From contig CAWEXU010000004.1 of NCBI GenBank assembly GCA_963813075.1, positions 1 through 64,000 on the forward strand: a stretch of 64,000 nucleotides of DNA. Direction: 5' to 3'. The notes under the pieces were generated by a model that was given only the letters and a program-made list of their open reading frames with translations, was not told where the DNA came from and ran no database searches. The translations under genes were made by a program, and so were the position numbers. This stretch comes from Methanotrichaceae archaeon. GTDB lineage: Archaea; Halobacteriota; Methanosarcinia; Methanotrichales; Methanotrichaceae. Positions 55,230 to 64,000 of this stretch are shown here, one piece after another (the stretch's first letter is position 1; the number at the start of each line of letters is the position of its first letter).

Positions 55230-56546
55230 GTCAACTACCGCGTCCTGAAGGGCGCGGCTTGCGACTACGCAAAAAGTCGTGTCGCGTCTGGCGGGCTGAC
55301 ATTACCGCCCTGAGACTCCAGGATATACCTCAAGTCTCGTGTTCGGTGCTCTATGTTCATAGCACCAGCTCTGTCGGCATGGGTTTCGTAACCGCATTTT
55401 TCGCATCGGAAGGCTACACCGCAGCGGTTAATTCGGCTGATGTGGTTACATCTGGGGCAAGTTTGGGAAGTATATTCAGGATTTACATAGATTACCGCTA
55501 TCCCGGCTTCTTTAGCTTTGTATTCCACGAAAGCCTGTAGTTGCCTGAATGCCCAACTGCTATGCTCGTACCTGAATTCTGTAGAGACTTTGTTTCCCGC
55601 TCTCTTCCTGATGCCCGTCAAATCTTCCATGCCTATTACCGAAACGTCATTATCTATAGCAAATTCTATGAGATCCCTGGATACCTTATGGTTGACGGCA
55701 GTCATGAACCGTGTCTCTCGACCTGCTATTTTTCTAAGAGTTGTCATAGAAGATCGAGTGCCCAAATATCGACCGCCTGCTTTCTGCAATCTCCGGCGTT
55801 CCTTGGATCGGATGTTTCGGTGATTCTTGATTTCACCACCTGCGAAGAATTTGCATTGCTTGTCCGTGGTAGATGCAACCGCGAGACAGTTAATACCGAC
55901 ATCAACACCCATGAAAGTGGATGCATCAACTATATTCTTATCTGGAATATCCTTTGCACAGGCCAAATGGAAAAAGTAAGCTCCGTTCTTATGTAAACAA
56001 AGCTTGGATGCCAGATATTTCCAGGACCCGTCTAAATATCTCTGAGCATACTGGTAATTCCAGAGCTTATATCTCCTTCGACCCGCTAATGTGGTTATGC
56101 TCAAGGTATCTTTGGATAAGCCAAAATCGCGTTCAAAGGAGAATGTAGCCGAGGTTGGATCGAAATCGAGTAATTGCCATTCTGATTCTCTTTTGTCGAT
56201 CTGACTCTGAAGTGTTTTGTAAGCTCCTGAAACCTGGCGAGCTACATTGCAAGCCATCTGAGATTTCAGGTTAAGATTGTTCCGCAGATGCTTGTAAGTG
56301 GCTTTTTGGATAAGTCCACTTCCAACAGGCTTGCCAATTTCAAACACGATTTGCGAGGCATAATTCATGCCTTGAGAGAACGCTTTTAGCAACTCTGCTA
56401 GATCATTATCCGATGCATCTAATTTCAGGATAATGGTCTTTGTGAGCTGCATGGCTTGTTATATTCACTTAATGCTATATATTTTTATCTCAGGTGAAGA
56501 TATTTATACGCGCTCCTCCCCACCGCAAACGATGGAGACTCCGCGC
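55230..56546 (-). mobile_element. IS200/IS605-family element, tnpB-only (IS1341-like); left boundary approximate
   Basis: Right end gtcaactaccgcgtcctgaagggcgcggcttg hairpin (55230-55261); left-end hairpin ~56509-56546; no tnpA. Confidence 0.85.
55265..56452 (-). CDS. tnpB: RNA-guided endonuclease TnpB
   Basis: RuvC-I GVDVG, RuvC-II MEDL, CPRC/CEKC zinc finger, RuvC-III HADRAGAMNI. Confidence 0.93.
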   Translation of the reverse strand: MQLTKTIILKLDASDNDLAELLKAFSQGMNYASQIVFEIGKPVGSGLIQKATYKHLRNNLNLKSQMACNVARQVSGAYKTLQSQIDKRESEWQLLDFDPTSATFSFERDFGLSKDTLSITTLAGRRRYKLWNYQYAQRYLDGSWKYLASKLCLHKNGAYFFHLACAKDIPDKNIVDASTFMGVDVGINCLAVASTTDKQCKFFAGGEIKNHRNIRSKERRRLQKAGGRYLGTRSSMTTLRKIAGRETRFMTAVNHKVSRDLIEFAIDNDVSVIGMEDLTGIRKRAGNKVSTEFRYEHSSWAFRQLQAFVEYKAKEAGIAVIYVNPEYTSQTCPRCNHISRINRCGVAFRCEKCGYETHADRAGAMNIEHRTRDLRYILESQGGNVSPPDATRLFA

Positions 56547-56734
56547 TGCTGCGAGTTGAAGGTTGTTGTCTTAATCGCGAGGCTGCAAGCTGGGAGGAGA
56601 CCGTTCGGGATATCGCACTAACTATATTTAAAAATATCATCAGAAGAATAAATTAACCATAAGGTTGCGCCATTTTAATAGTTGCCCTCTGTCCCGAAAA
56701 CTAGATATATCTATAACGAATAAAAAAGTATTTT

Positions 56735-57175
56735 GCCGCGTGATACCCTCGAATAGATGCGGACTGATAAGCCGATTAAGCCTTTGCCGGCCAATCATCC
56801 TGGCAATGGGTGATTGATCTCATCCTCCATCAAAGAGCCAGATCAATCAAGCTGGGCCGGATGGCGCCGCACGAATAAAGGTGCAGGTCTTCGGCAGTCT
56901 GGCGAAAACGCCATTGAGCGCAATATAAGATCCTGTCGCCAAGTCTGCATGATGATGATCGCGGAGCGGGTAGTGCGAAGGAATGAGCCATGAAAGATCC
57001 CTCACCACCGGTGATCGGGTCCCCGTAAAAAGGGCGCTGTGCAAGAATCCAGTGCTGTCTGGCTTCTTCCTCGCATTGGCTGAGGGCGGGATGAGACAGC
57101 CACATAATATGCGGATCTGTTTCCTCTTGAGGGGAGCGCTGTGGCCTGGCGTTTGTCCTGCCTCTATCTCACCTG
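56735..57175 (+). ncRNA. Candidate large structured non-coding RNA, family unrecognised
   Basis: Five nested long-range helices plus local hairpins, G-U pairs on + strand, upstream gatatat TATA-like box, no convincing ORF. Confidence 0.7.
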
Positions 57176-57275
57176 CTAATCCAATTTTCCTGAAATTCCC
57201 TTTTCAAGCAAAAAATTTATATCATACCACTATCATAAGGTTAGTATGCTAAAGTAATTGTGAGGTGAAATAGAT

Positions 57276-57863
57276 ATGTGGGACAAGAAGTATCCATCAA
57301 TATTCGATATATTTGAGAGTTTCACAAAAGGCTTCCCCTTTGAGAGGAAGGAGAGGTTCGAGGATGATTGGTTCAAAGAGCCCTTTGAGAGCATGATCCA
57401 GAGGTTCGAGGAATCCATGCCCAGCGAGTTCAATGAACTGATTCGCGAGGAGGAGACACCCTCTGGCGTATCTCGCCGCTATGGGCCCTTCGTCTATGGC
57501 TTCAGCTACACCGCAGAGCCGGGAAAGGAGCCCGTATTCCAGGAGTTTGGCAACATCAAGCCCTCCTACCGGGGAATTGAGCCCAGCCAGGGCAGAGAGC
57601 CACTGGTCGATGTCATGAGCGAGAAGGACAAGTTCAAGATATTCGTCGAGCTTCCAGGCGTCGAAAAGGAAAAGGTGAAGCTGGATGTGGCAGAGGACAG
57701 CGTGGAGATCAAAACCGATGACGAGAAGAAGTTCTACAAGATGATATATCTGGACTCCACCGTAGATCCGGACAGCGCCAAGGCCTCCTACAAGAACGGC
57801 ATATTAACCCTGGAGCTGGATAAGAAAGAGACGAGAAAAGGAAAAGAGGTGAAGATCGACTAG
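57276..57863 (+). CDS. hsp20: Small heat-shock protein (archaeal Hsp20)
   Basis: GPFVYGFS...EFGN...REPLVDV...ELPGV...ASYKNGIL. Confidence 0.93.
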   Translation: MWDKKYPSIFDIFESFTKGFPFERKERFEDDWFKEPFESMIQRFEESMPSEFNELIREEETPSGVSRRYGPFVYGFSYTAEPGKEPVFQEFGNIKPSYRGIEPSQGREPLVDVMSEKDKFKIFVELPGVEKEKVKLDVAEDSVEIKTDDEKKFYKMIYLDSTVDPDSAKASYKNGILTLELDKKETRKGKEVKID

Positions 57864-57897
57864 GAGGATCCAATAGGTGAACAAATGGGCGGATCGA

Positions 57898-58085
57898 AGA
57901 AGGGATTGAAAGCTAGAATATCCTTTCGGGCATCCGTTCTGACATCCATTCTGGATGCATCCGGAATAGTGGGATGGACGGGGCGGTGAGACCAGGTGGC
58001 AGGGCGCTCCTGTCTTGCCCCTGGGATGGATAGGTCGGTGATCTGCCTGGGTTTGACCTGATGTGATGTGTTCTGCTCAACCTTT
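57898..58085 (+). ncRNA. Candidate structured RNA / structured 3' UTR downstream of hsp20
   Basis: Three hairpins with +strand G-U pairs and a possible closing helix. Confidence 0.45.
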
Positions 58086-58301
58086 TATTAATCAGTATGA
58101 AGCAATAACTTGAGCAATTGGCTCCCTATACAGAACAGAGTATATCACCAATTCTATGCAAAATTGCAGGATTTCTTTTACATATTATACCTAGATAAAG
58201 GCTACATGAAATTCATATGATTCAAAATATGAGTATAATAATCTAATAAAAAGCCAATGTGAAAAACAACTACTTAAATCATTCCGTACCATGTAGATTA
58301 C

Positions 58302-58475
58302 ATGCAGCAGATGAGTGAGATATGGGGGCAGGGAATTGAGGTGGGTGATGATGGCCAAAACGGCATATTTCGGGTTCTCGGCCGGGTTATGCAGGGCAAA
58401 TACGGAGATGTAATCCTGCTATGCACGGTCATGGCCGCCTTCGTTATGCTCCTGGCGTTCTCTGCCTCCTGCTGA
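58302..58475 (+). CDS. Possible small membrane protein (57 aa)
   Basis: MQQMSEIW...VILLCTVMAAFVMLLAFSASC, C-terminal TM; AT-rich upstream region. Confidence 0.45.
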   Translation: MQQMSEIWGQGIEVGDDGQNGIFRVLGRVMQGKYGDVILLCTVMAAFVMLLAFSASC

Positions 58476-58592
58476 GATAAGCCAGCAGGTGGGCAAGAGA
58501 TCTGCCCTCCGGAGATCTGCGTAATCCCCTCTTTTTCCATAACAAAGATTAAATTACCTCCGATACTCTGGTGCCATACCGAGGATTGGGAA

Positions 58593-60338
58593 ATGGACAG
58601 GAATGAGTTGGTAAATGAACTTGCCCGCAGGCGGGGCTTTCTCTGGCCCGCTTTCGAGCTCTACGGCGGAGCGGCGGGATTTTACGATTACGGCCCTCTG
58701 GGAGCACCACTCAAGAGGCGCATTGAAGACATCTGGCGGCAGTATTTCGTCATTGCCGAGGGTTTCGCAGAGATCGAGGCCCCAACCATCGGGGTGGAGG
58801 GGATCTATCAGGCTTCAGGCCATTTGAGCGGATTTTCCGATCCCCTCACCGGCTGCAAAGAGTGCAAGGAGGTCTACCGGGCAGATCACCTGATAAAGCA
58901 TATCATAGAGGTTCCCGATGCCCTGAAAAATGATGAGATCTACCGCTGCATGCAGGAGAATGAGATCACCTGCCCGGAATGCGGCGGCGAGCTCTCAGAG
59001 GTCTATGAGTTCAATCTCATGTTCAAGACCATGATCGGCCCGGGAAATAAGATGACCGGCTACATGAGGCCGGAGACTGCCCAGGGGATGTTCATCAACT
59101 TCCCCCGGCTCCTGCGTTACTTCCGGGGGGCTCTGCCTTTTGCGGCAGTGCAGATCGGCAAGTCCTATCGAAATGAGATCTCCCCCCGTCAGGGAGTGAT
59201 CAGGTTGAGGGAGTTCACCCAGGCTGAGGCCGAGATCTTCATCGACCCGCGGGACAAAACACACCCCAGATTCGATGAGGTAAAGGATATCCGGATGAAG
59301 TTCTACTCCCAGGAGGCGCAGGAGAGGGGAGAAGAGGATGAGATGAGCTTTGGCGAAGCGGTGGAAAAGGGAGTTGTCGCTCACCAGACTCTGGCCTATT
59401 ATGTGGCCCGGACATACCAGTACCTCCTGGCGGTGGGCATAGACCCGCAAAAGCTTCGCTTCCGCCAGCATAAGTCCGACGAGATGGCCCATTATGCTGC
59501 CGACTGCTGGGATGCGGAGGTCCTTTTGGACCGGCTGGGCTGGATAGAGCTGGTGGGGGTGGCGGACAGGACCGACTACGACCTTAAAGCCCATACTGCA
59601 GTCAGCAAGGTGAACCTTTCCGTCTTCGTCAATTACGACCAACCCGTAAAGCGGCAGAAGCTGGTGGTCAAACCCGATTTCAAGGCCCTGGGGCCGATGT
59701 TCAAGGGGAAGGCCAAAGCGGTAGCTGAGGCCTTGCGCGCCCTCACTCCCCAGGAGCTGAGCGGGGATAAGATTCAGTTGTCTGTGGATGGAGAGATTAT
59801 CGATATTGACCGGGCTTTAGTCTCCTTTGAGGAGGTTGAGGAGGAGGTGCGGGGAGAGGAAGTGGTGCCTCATGTGATTGAGCCCTCCTTTGGCATTGAC
59901 CGGATACTCTATTCCATTCTCGACCATTCCTACTACGAGGATGAGATCGATGGCGAGAAGAGAGCAGTCCTCAGGTTCAAGTCGCGAGTAGCGCCAATTG
60001 AGGTGGCTGTGCTGCCTTTAATGGATAGAAGCGAGCTGACAGGGCCGGCGAAGAGGATACTGGAGGAATTGCGTTCCCGGGGCATGAGGACGGACTACGA
60101 CACCTCCGGGTCCATCGGCAGGCGTTACCGGCGCAACGATGAGGTCGGGACACCTTATGAGGTCACTGTTGACTATGAGACCATTGAAGAGAGCACTGTC
60201 ACCATCAGGGATAGGGATAGCATGAGCCAGGTCAGGGTTCCTCGCTGGCAGGTGGTGGATAAATTGCAGGCCCTCCTCAATGGGGACCTCTCCTTCCAGG
60301 ATGCTGGCGATCCCGTCCGTTCAGCAAAGAGCGATTGA
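58593..60338 (+). CDS. glyS: Glycyl-tRNA synthetase (archaeal/eukaryotic type)
   Basis: YDYGPLG, RPETAQG, RNEISPRQG, VIEPSFGIDR. Confidence 0.96.
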   Translation: MDRNELVNELARRRGFLWPAFELYGGAAGFYDYGPLGAPLKRRIEDIWRQYFVIAEGFAEIEAPTIGVEGIYQASGHLSGFSDPLTGCKECKEVYRADHLIKHIIEVPDALKNDEIYRCMQENEITCPECGGELSEVYEFNLMFKTMIGPGNKMTGYMRPETAQGMFINFPRLLRYFRGALPFAAVQIGKSYRNEISPRQGVIRLREFTQAEAEIFIDPRDKTHPRFDEVKDIRMKFYSQEAQERGEEDEMSFGEAVEKGVVAHQTLAYYVARTYQYLLAVGIDPQKLRFRQHKSDEMAHYAADCWDAEVLLDRLGWIELVGVADRTDYDLKAHTAVSKVNLSVFVNYDQPVKRQKLVVKPDFKALGPMFKGKAKAVAEALRALTPQELSGDKIQLSVDGEIIDIDRALVSFEEVEEEVRGEEVVPHVIEPSFGIDRILYSILDHSYYEDEIDGEKRAVLRFKSRVAPIEVAVLPLMDRSELTGPAKRILEELRSRGMRTDYDTSGSIGRRYRRNDEVGTPYEVTVDYETIEESTVTIRDRDSMSQVRVPRWQVVDKLQALLNGDLSFQDAGDPVRSAKSD

Positions 60339-60356
60339 GTGGGAAAGGGCGAGGAA

Positions 60357-61022
60357 ATGGATATCTCGGAAAAGGAGTGTGCAAGAGGAGTCTCATCCCT
60401 GCCTGATATCGCCCCTGACTGGCGAAGAAGGCTGATTGTGGAGATAAGGAGAAAGGCCATTCACCTCTCCGGCCTCTCCGTCCCCCTATCTCTTCTGCTC
60501 TTTGGCAGGGATTTTACCATCGGCTTTGTGGCCCTTGCTCTGGCTATCTCGCTGATCCTGGAGTGGCAAAGGCTGAAGGGACGGATTCGCCTTCCCGAGG
60601 TGCGGGCCCAGGAGGAGCATAAGGTGGCCAGCTTCGTTTATTACATCACCGGCTGCCTCTTATGCGTCATTTTCCTTCCGAAGATGATCGCGGTGAACGC
60701 CGTCCTGCTGCTCTCTTTGGGCGACACTATCAGCGGTCTCGCGGGATCGGTTCTAGCCAACGCTGATGTGCGCGGCAGGAAAGAGATGTGGGGATGCAAG
60801 CCCTTGCCTATTATGGCCGCCATGTTCTCCGGCTGCCTTCTGATCGGATATCTGGCCTCGGGTGTAACCCAACTATCTTTTCCGGTCTATCTGGCGGGAG
60901 CAGTTGCGGCGACTATCGCTGATGGCGTATGCATAATCGTCAATGGCATGGGGCTTGACGACAACTTCTCCATACCGGTCTTCTCCGGCCTGGTGATGAC
61001 CGGGGCGGCAGCAATATTTTAG
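60357..61022 (+). CDS. Dolichol/phytol kinase-like membrane protein
   Basis: RRKAIH, LGDTISGLAG, DDNFSIP. Confidence 0.8.
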   Translation: MDISEKECARGVSSLPDIAPDWRRRLIVEIRRKAIHLSGLSVPLSLLLFGRDFTIGFVALALAISLILEWQRLKGRIRLPEVRAQEEHKVASFVYYITGCLLCVIFLPKMIAVNAVLLLSLGDTISGLAGSVLANADVRGRKEMWGCKPLPIMAAMFSGCLLIGYLASGVTQLSFPVYLAGAVAATIADGVCIIVNGMGLDDNFSIPVFSGLVMTGAAAIF

Positions 61023-61140
61023 ATCGTCACCTCCCAAGAGCGGGGAATGGAAAAGGTTTTTTAGTCTGGGGATTGTACTCTTTCAGCGCTTGAAAGCGGC
61101 AAATGGCTGCAAGGCTATGGGAATTAGGAGGATTGGATAA

Positions 61141-61788
61141 ATGAATATTATATTGCTCGGCCCGCCGGGATCCGGCAAGGGCACACAGGCTAAGATGATC
61201 GCCGACAAGTACAAGGTAACTCACGTATCCACCGGTGACATTTTAAGAGAGAACGTTCGCAGCGGCACCCCCCTGGGGGTTGAGGCCAAGAAGTTCATGG
61301 ATGCAGGAAAGCTGGTTCCAGATGCCCTGCTCATCGATATCATCAAGGACCGCCTGGCAAAAGACGATGTCAAGGGCGGATGGATGCTGGACGGATTCCC
61401 CAGGACCATGCCCCAGGCAGAGGCACTGGACAAGATCCTGCCCACTCTGGGCCAGAAGATCGATGTGGTCCTGAATATCGATGTTCCGGATGAGGAGCTG
61501 GTAAAGAGGGTCACAGGAAGGAGAATGTGCAAGTGCGGCACCACCTATCACGTTCAGTTCAACCCGCCAAAGGTGGCCGGAAAGTGCGATGCCTGCGGCG
61601 CAGACCTCTACCAGAGGGCGGATGACAACGAGGAGACGGTCAAGCAGAGGCTGTCTGCCTATCATGCCCAGACCCAGCCTTTGATCGACTACTACAACAA
61701 GCGCGGCATTGTGGCCACGGTGCTTGGCGTGGGCGACATCAAGGCCATCTTCGGCGAGGTCGTCAAGGCTCTGGATAAGAGGGCATAG
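61141..61788 (+). CDS. adk: Adenylate kinase
   Basis: GPPGSGKGTQ, LDGFPRT, QRADD. Confidence 0.96.
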   Translation: MNIILLGPPGSGKGTQAKMIADKYKVTHVSTGDILRENVRSGTPLGVEAKKFMDAGKLVPDALLIDIIKDRLAKDDVKGGWMLDGFPRTMPQAEALDKILPTLGQKIDVVLNIDVPDEELVKRVTGRRMCKCGTTYHVQFNPPKVAGKCDACGADLYQRADDNEETVKQRLSAYHAQTQPLIDYYNKRGIVATVLGVGDIKAIFGEVVKALDKRA

Positions 61789-61874
61789 AGCCTTCGAAAT
61801 CCTTTTTTCAAAATTTTTTGGCTGGCTACCGGCAAAAGAGAAAATAGAGTACTGTTTTTGATCCGCGGTCGTGT

Positions 61875-62207
61875 CTATCGCTTTGGAATCCAGACCAGCT
61901 TTCTTTCTATTGTCGCCTCGGCGTTCTCCGTCAGGATGAGCCGCTGAGCCTTGTGCCTTCCCGTTTTCGCTATGAATTTTGGATCACTGACCTTTCTGGC
62001 TTCTGCTCTGATTCTATAGCCATAGATGGAGTCTCCAACTTCATAGCATTCCATCAAAGCACCTCCAGCCTCCCTTCTCATTTCAGCTCCTCCACGATCT
62101 GGCAGACCAGCTTAAAGTCAATCTCCAGGTCTTCTTCGATCTCGGATGGATATGCCTCTCTTCTTTCCTGGAAATATCCCATGACTTCCTTTTTAGCGGT
62201 ATCGTAA
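61875..62207 (-). pseudogene. Truncated small gene pair; upstream gene cut off at the IS-end-like element
   Basis: Headless fragment DTAKKEVMGYFQERREAYPSEIEEDLEIDFKLVCQIVEELK ending at 62078; second ORF from ATG 62054 with GGAGGTG RBS. Confidence 0.45.
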
Positions 62208-62375
62208 TCAACTCACGAACCCCAGTAATGGCGGGGAGCTTGCTCAAGGGATCTCAAGGCCAGGGGTTAAGGTAACTGGATGGATGCGACCAACTTGCAT
62301 GACCGTCTTCGGACAAATCTACAGCCGAGACCCTTGAGACCGGCATGCTGTGGAGTGAGGATTTGCTCACTTTAC
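62208..62375 (+). mobile_element. Non-autonomous IS200/IS605-end / omega-RNA-like structured element
   Basis: tcaact...cccc...ggggagcttg resembles the end at 55230; followed by multi-helix structure. Confidence 0.5.
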
Positions 62376-62476
62376 TGAAATGATCTCATGAGCTTTGAAG
62401 AAGTGAAATGATGATCAACTGACGCTAAAAAGTGAATCATTAAATTAAAATAATAGTTCAAAAAATTGATGGTGAG

Positions 62477-63971
62477 TTAAGAACTCGCCCAATTTTTAAT
62501 TGCATCATCTACGTATGCTTTAGTAACTTCACCTCGGGAATACATATTGATGGCTTCGACCGTTTCAGATAATGTAACAGTCCCGTCGATATTCAGATCG
62601 CCTGCATTGCTCGTAAGATTATAGCTGTCGCCGCTTCCATCTTGGGCGGAGAACTTCCACGTGACGGGATTAGCTGTGTAGTATACTGACATGGCATATT
62701 GATTGCTGAGCTGGTTCCAGGATTTGCTTGCTTCGTTCAATCTCCAGATCTTTGTATCAACGCCTTTGGCATTTACCTTCACATCTGCGTTGGATTTGAA
62801 GTTCAAGCTGCCCCTAACTTCCGATCTTACCGAAGGATTGAAGTTAATGACATCGCCCGCAGTTGTTCGCTCAATGGCGGAAGTCTAGAGTCCAGATTTC
62901 CAATGGTTGCGTGTTTCTGTGGTGACCACATAGCCCGCAACGGTTCTCGTCTAGGCTGTGGCATTATCGCTGTTAGTGCTCATAATGGCACTAGATTGGG
63001 CATTGGCATAGGTAGTGCTCTTTACATTTCTAGTTGTAGCTGAGGCGGTTATGCTTCCTGATCCAAGCAATTGCCAATCCGCATGGGACACTGCCTTGTA
63101 GTAATTGGTTTTTGCAGTGCTTAGTCTGTAATAGGCTTCACTATCTGCAGAGGCGGAATTTGCTGATCCGCTGATCGTAGCCTTGGCATCCATTCTATGG
63201 GTGCCACCAAGAGTCCACTCCTGAGCCGTCGCTTCTGTCACCTTCGTAGAAGTACTCTCTGTAATCGCATTGGCGACTTTTAATGCTGGTGCTAACTGAT
63301 GCTCTATCATAATTTTGAGCTGCAGTGTAACTGGGAGCACTTCTGGTGTATGCAGTCATGTCCAGAGCTCCATTTGCATTCGAGACATCCTGTGTCATAT
63401 ATATGCTCGATATCGCTGGAGAATACCCTGTATCAAGCCAGGCTTTGGCAGAGTTCTTGAATGTTGCTTTCCCGTTTTCTTGTGTGAGCTTTGTTGAGCT
63501 ATAGCCGTTCAGCTTTTCGCCAGGGGTTCGATAGCCTTCAGCACGAGCTTCCTGGTAAGCGTACAGGTAACCCTTCTTTGTCGTCCCTGCTCCGGTTATA
63601 TAGCCTCGATTGCTTACCTCGATTGAGTTTGTATCTTTGTATGCATTTCCTGAGAACTCAATGGGGTAGCCGTATCCTGTTGCATAATTATGAATGCAAT
63701 ATTTGCCGCTTGAACTGCAATACCATTTATCTATTGTGGGCAAATCACCTCTTGTACTTGAAGATCCTTTATAGTAGTACCATGAATCCGCTAAGGTTGC
63801 GGCTCCTAAAGTTACACTTTCACGTATACTATCTGATTTTCCTGCTAAAAAATTGCTTGTAGTTGAATCTTCTCCATTGCTAAAGCTTGCGGAAATCGCA
63901 AAAGCTGGCAGTGCAATGGCGTGTATTGAAAGAAGCAATACTCCCAGCACTAGAACTGAAGATCTCGACAA
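62477..63971 (-). CDS. Large secreted protein with C-terminal dockerin-like motif (frameshifted; AT-richer)
   Basis: Signal peptide in 63195-63971 piece, contiguous pieces to GDLNIDGTVTLSE...W at the C-terminus. Confidence 0.6.
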
Positions 63972-64000
63972 ATCTATTCCCTCCTCGCTTAATCTATTTT

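Noticed and set aside
55265..56452. Cas12f / type V CRISPR effector
   Set aside because: No CRISPR array or cas1/cas2 nearby, and it is flanked by IS200/IS605-type ends.
56735..57175. RNase P RNA, SRP RNA, group I/II intron or cobalamin riboswitch identity
   Set aside because: Only short look-alikes are present (gtgcaag, cggcttatc on the minus strand). The P4 consensus, SRP helix 8, domain V and B12 box are absent, and the helix topology differs.

Overview
Archaeal methanogen chromosome segment, most consistent with Methanothrix (Methanosaeta)/Methanotrichaceae. This is inferred from class I LysRS, archaeal-type GlyRS, an HdrA-MvhD/ferredoxin/HdrCB cluster, many secreted and TPR proteins, and an acylphosphatase-coiled-coil gene. 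Core genes (cbiA, fumarate hydratase A/B, pgi, leuA/cimA, tatD, lysS, pyrE, glyS, adk, tRNA-Gln) alternate with secreted-protein genes, gene remnants (HicB, CHAT, AttH/CrtC) and a TnpB-only IS200/IS605 element. Many genes, including essential ones, carry single-base frameshifts that are most likely sequencing/assembly indels, so merged gene coordinates are approximate. The most unusual signal is non-coding: a ~420-nt, deeply nested, plus-strand structured RNA candidate (56735-57175) with its own TATA box that lacks RNase P and SRP signatures. Further structured RNA candidates lie downstream of hsp20 (57898-58085), at 31312-31384, and in an orphan omega-RNA-like element (62208-62375). Also notable are a 38-bp CHAT 3'-end direct repeat bracketing the acylphosphatase gene, N-x-T glycosylation-sequon arrays, and a signal-peptide-bearing catalase. 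All structures were paired by eye; no searches were run.
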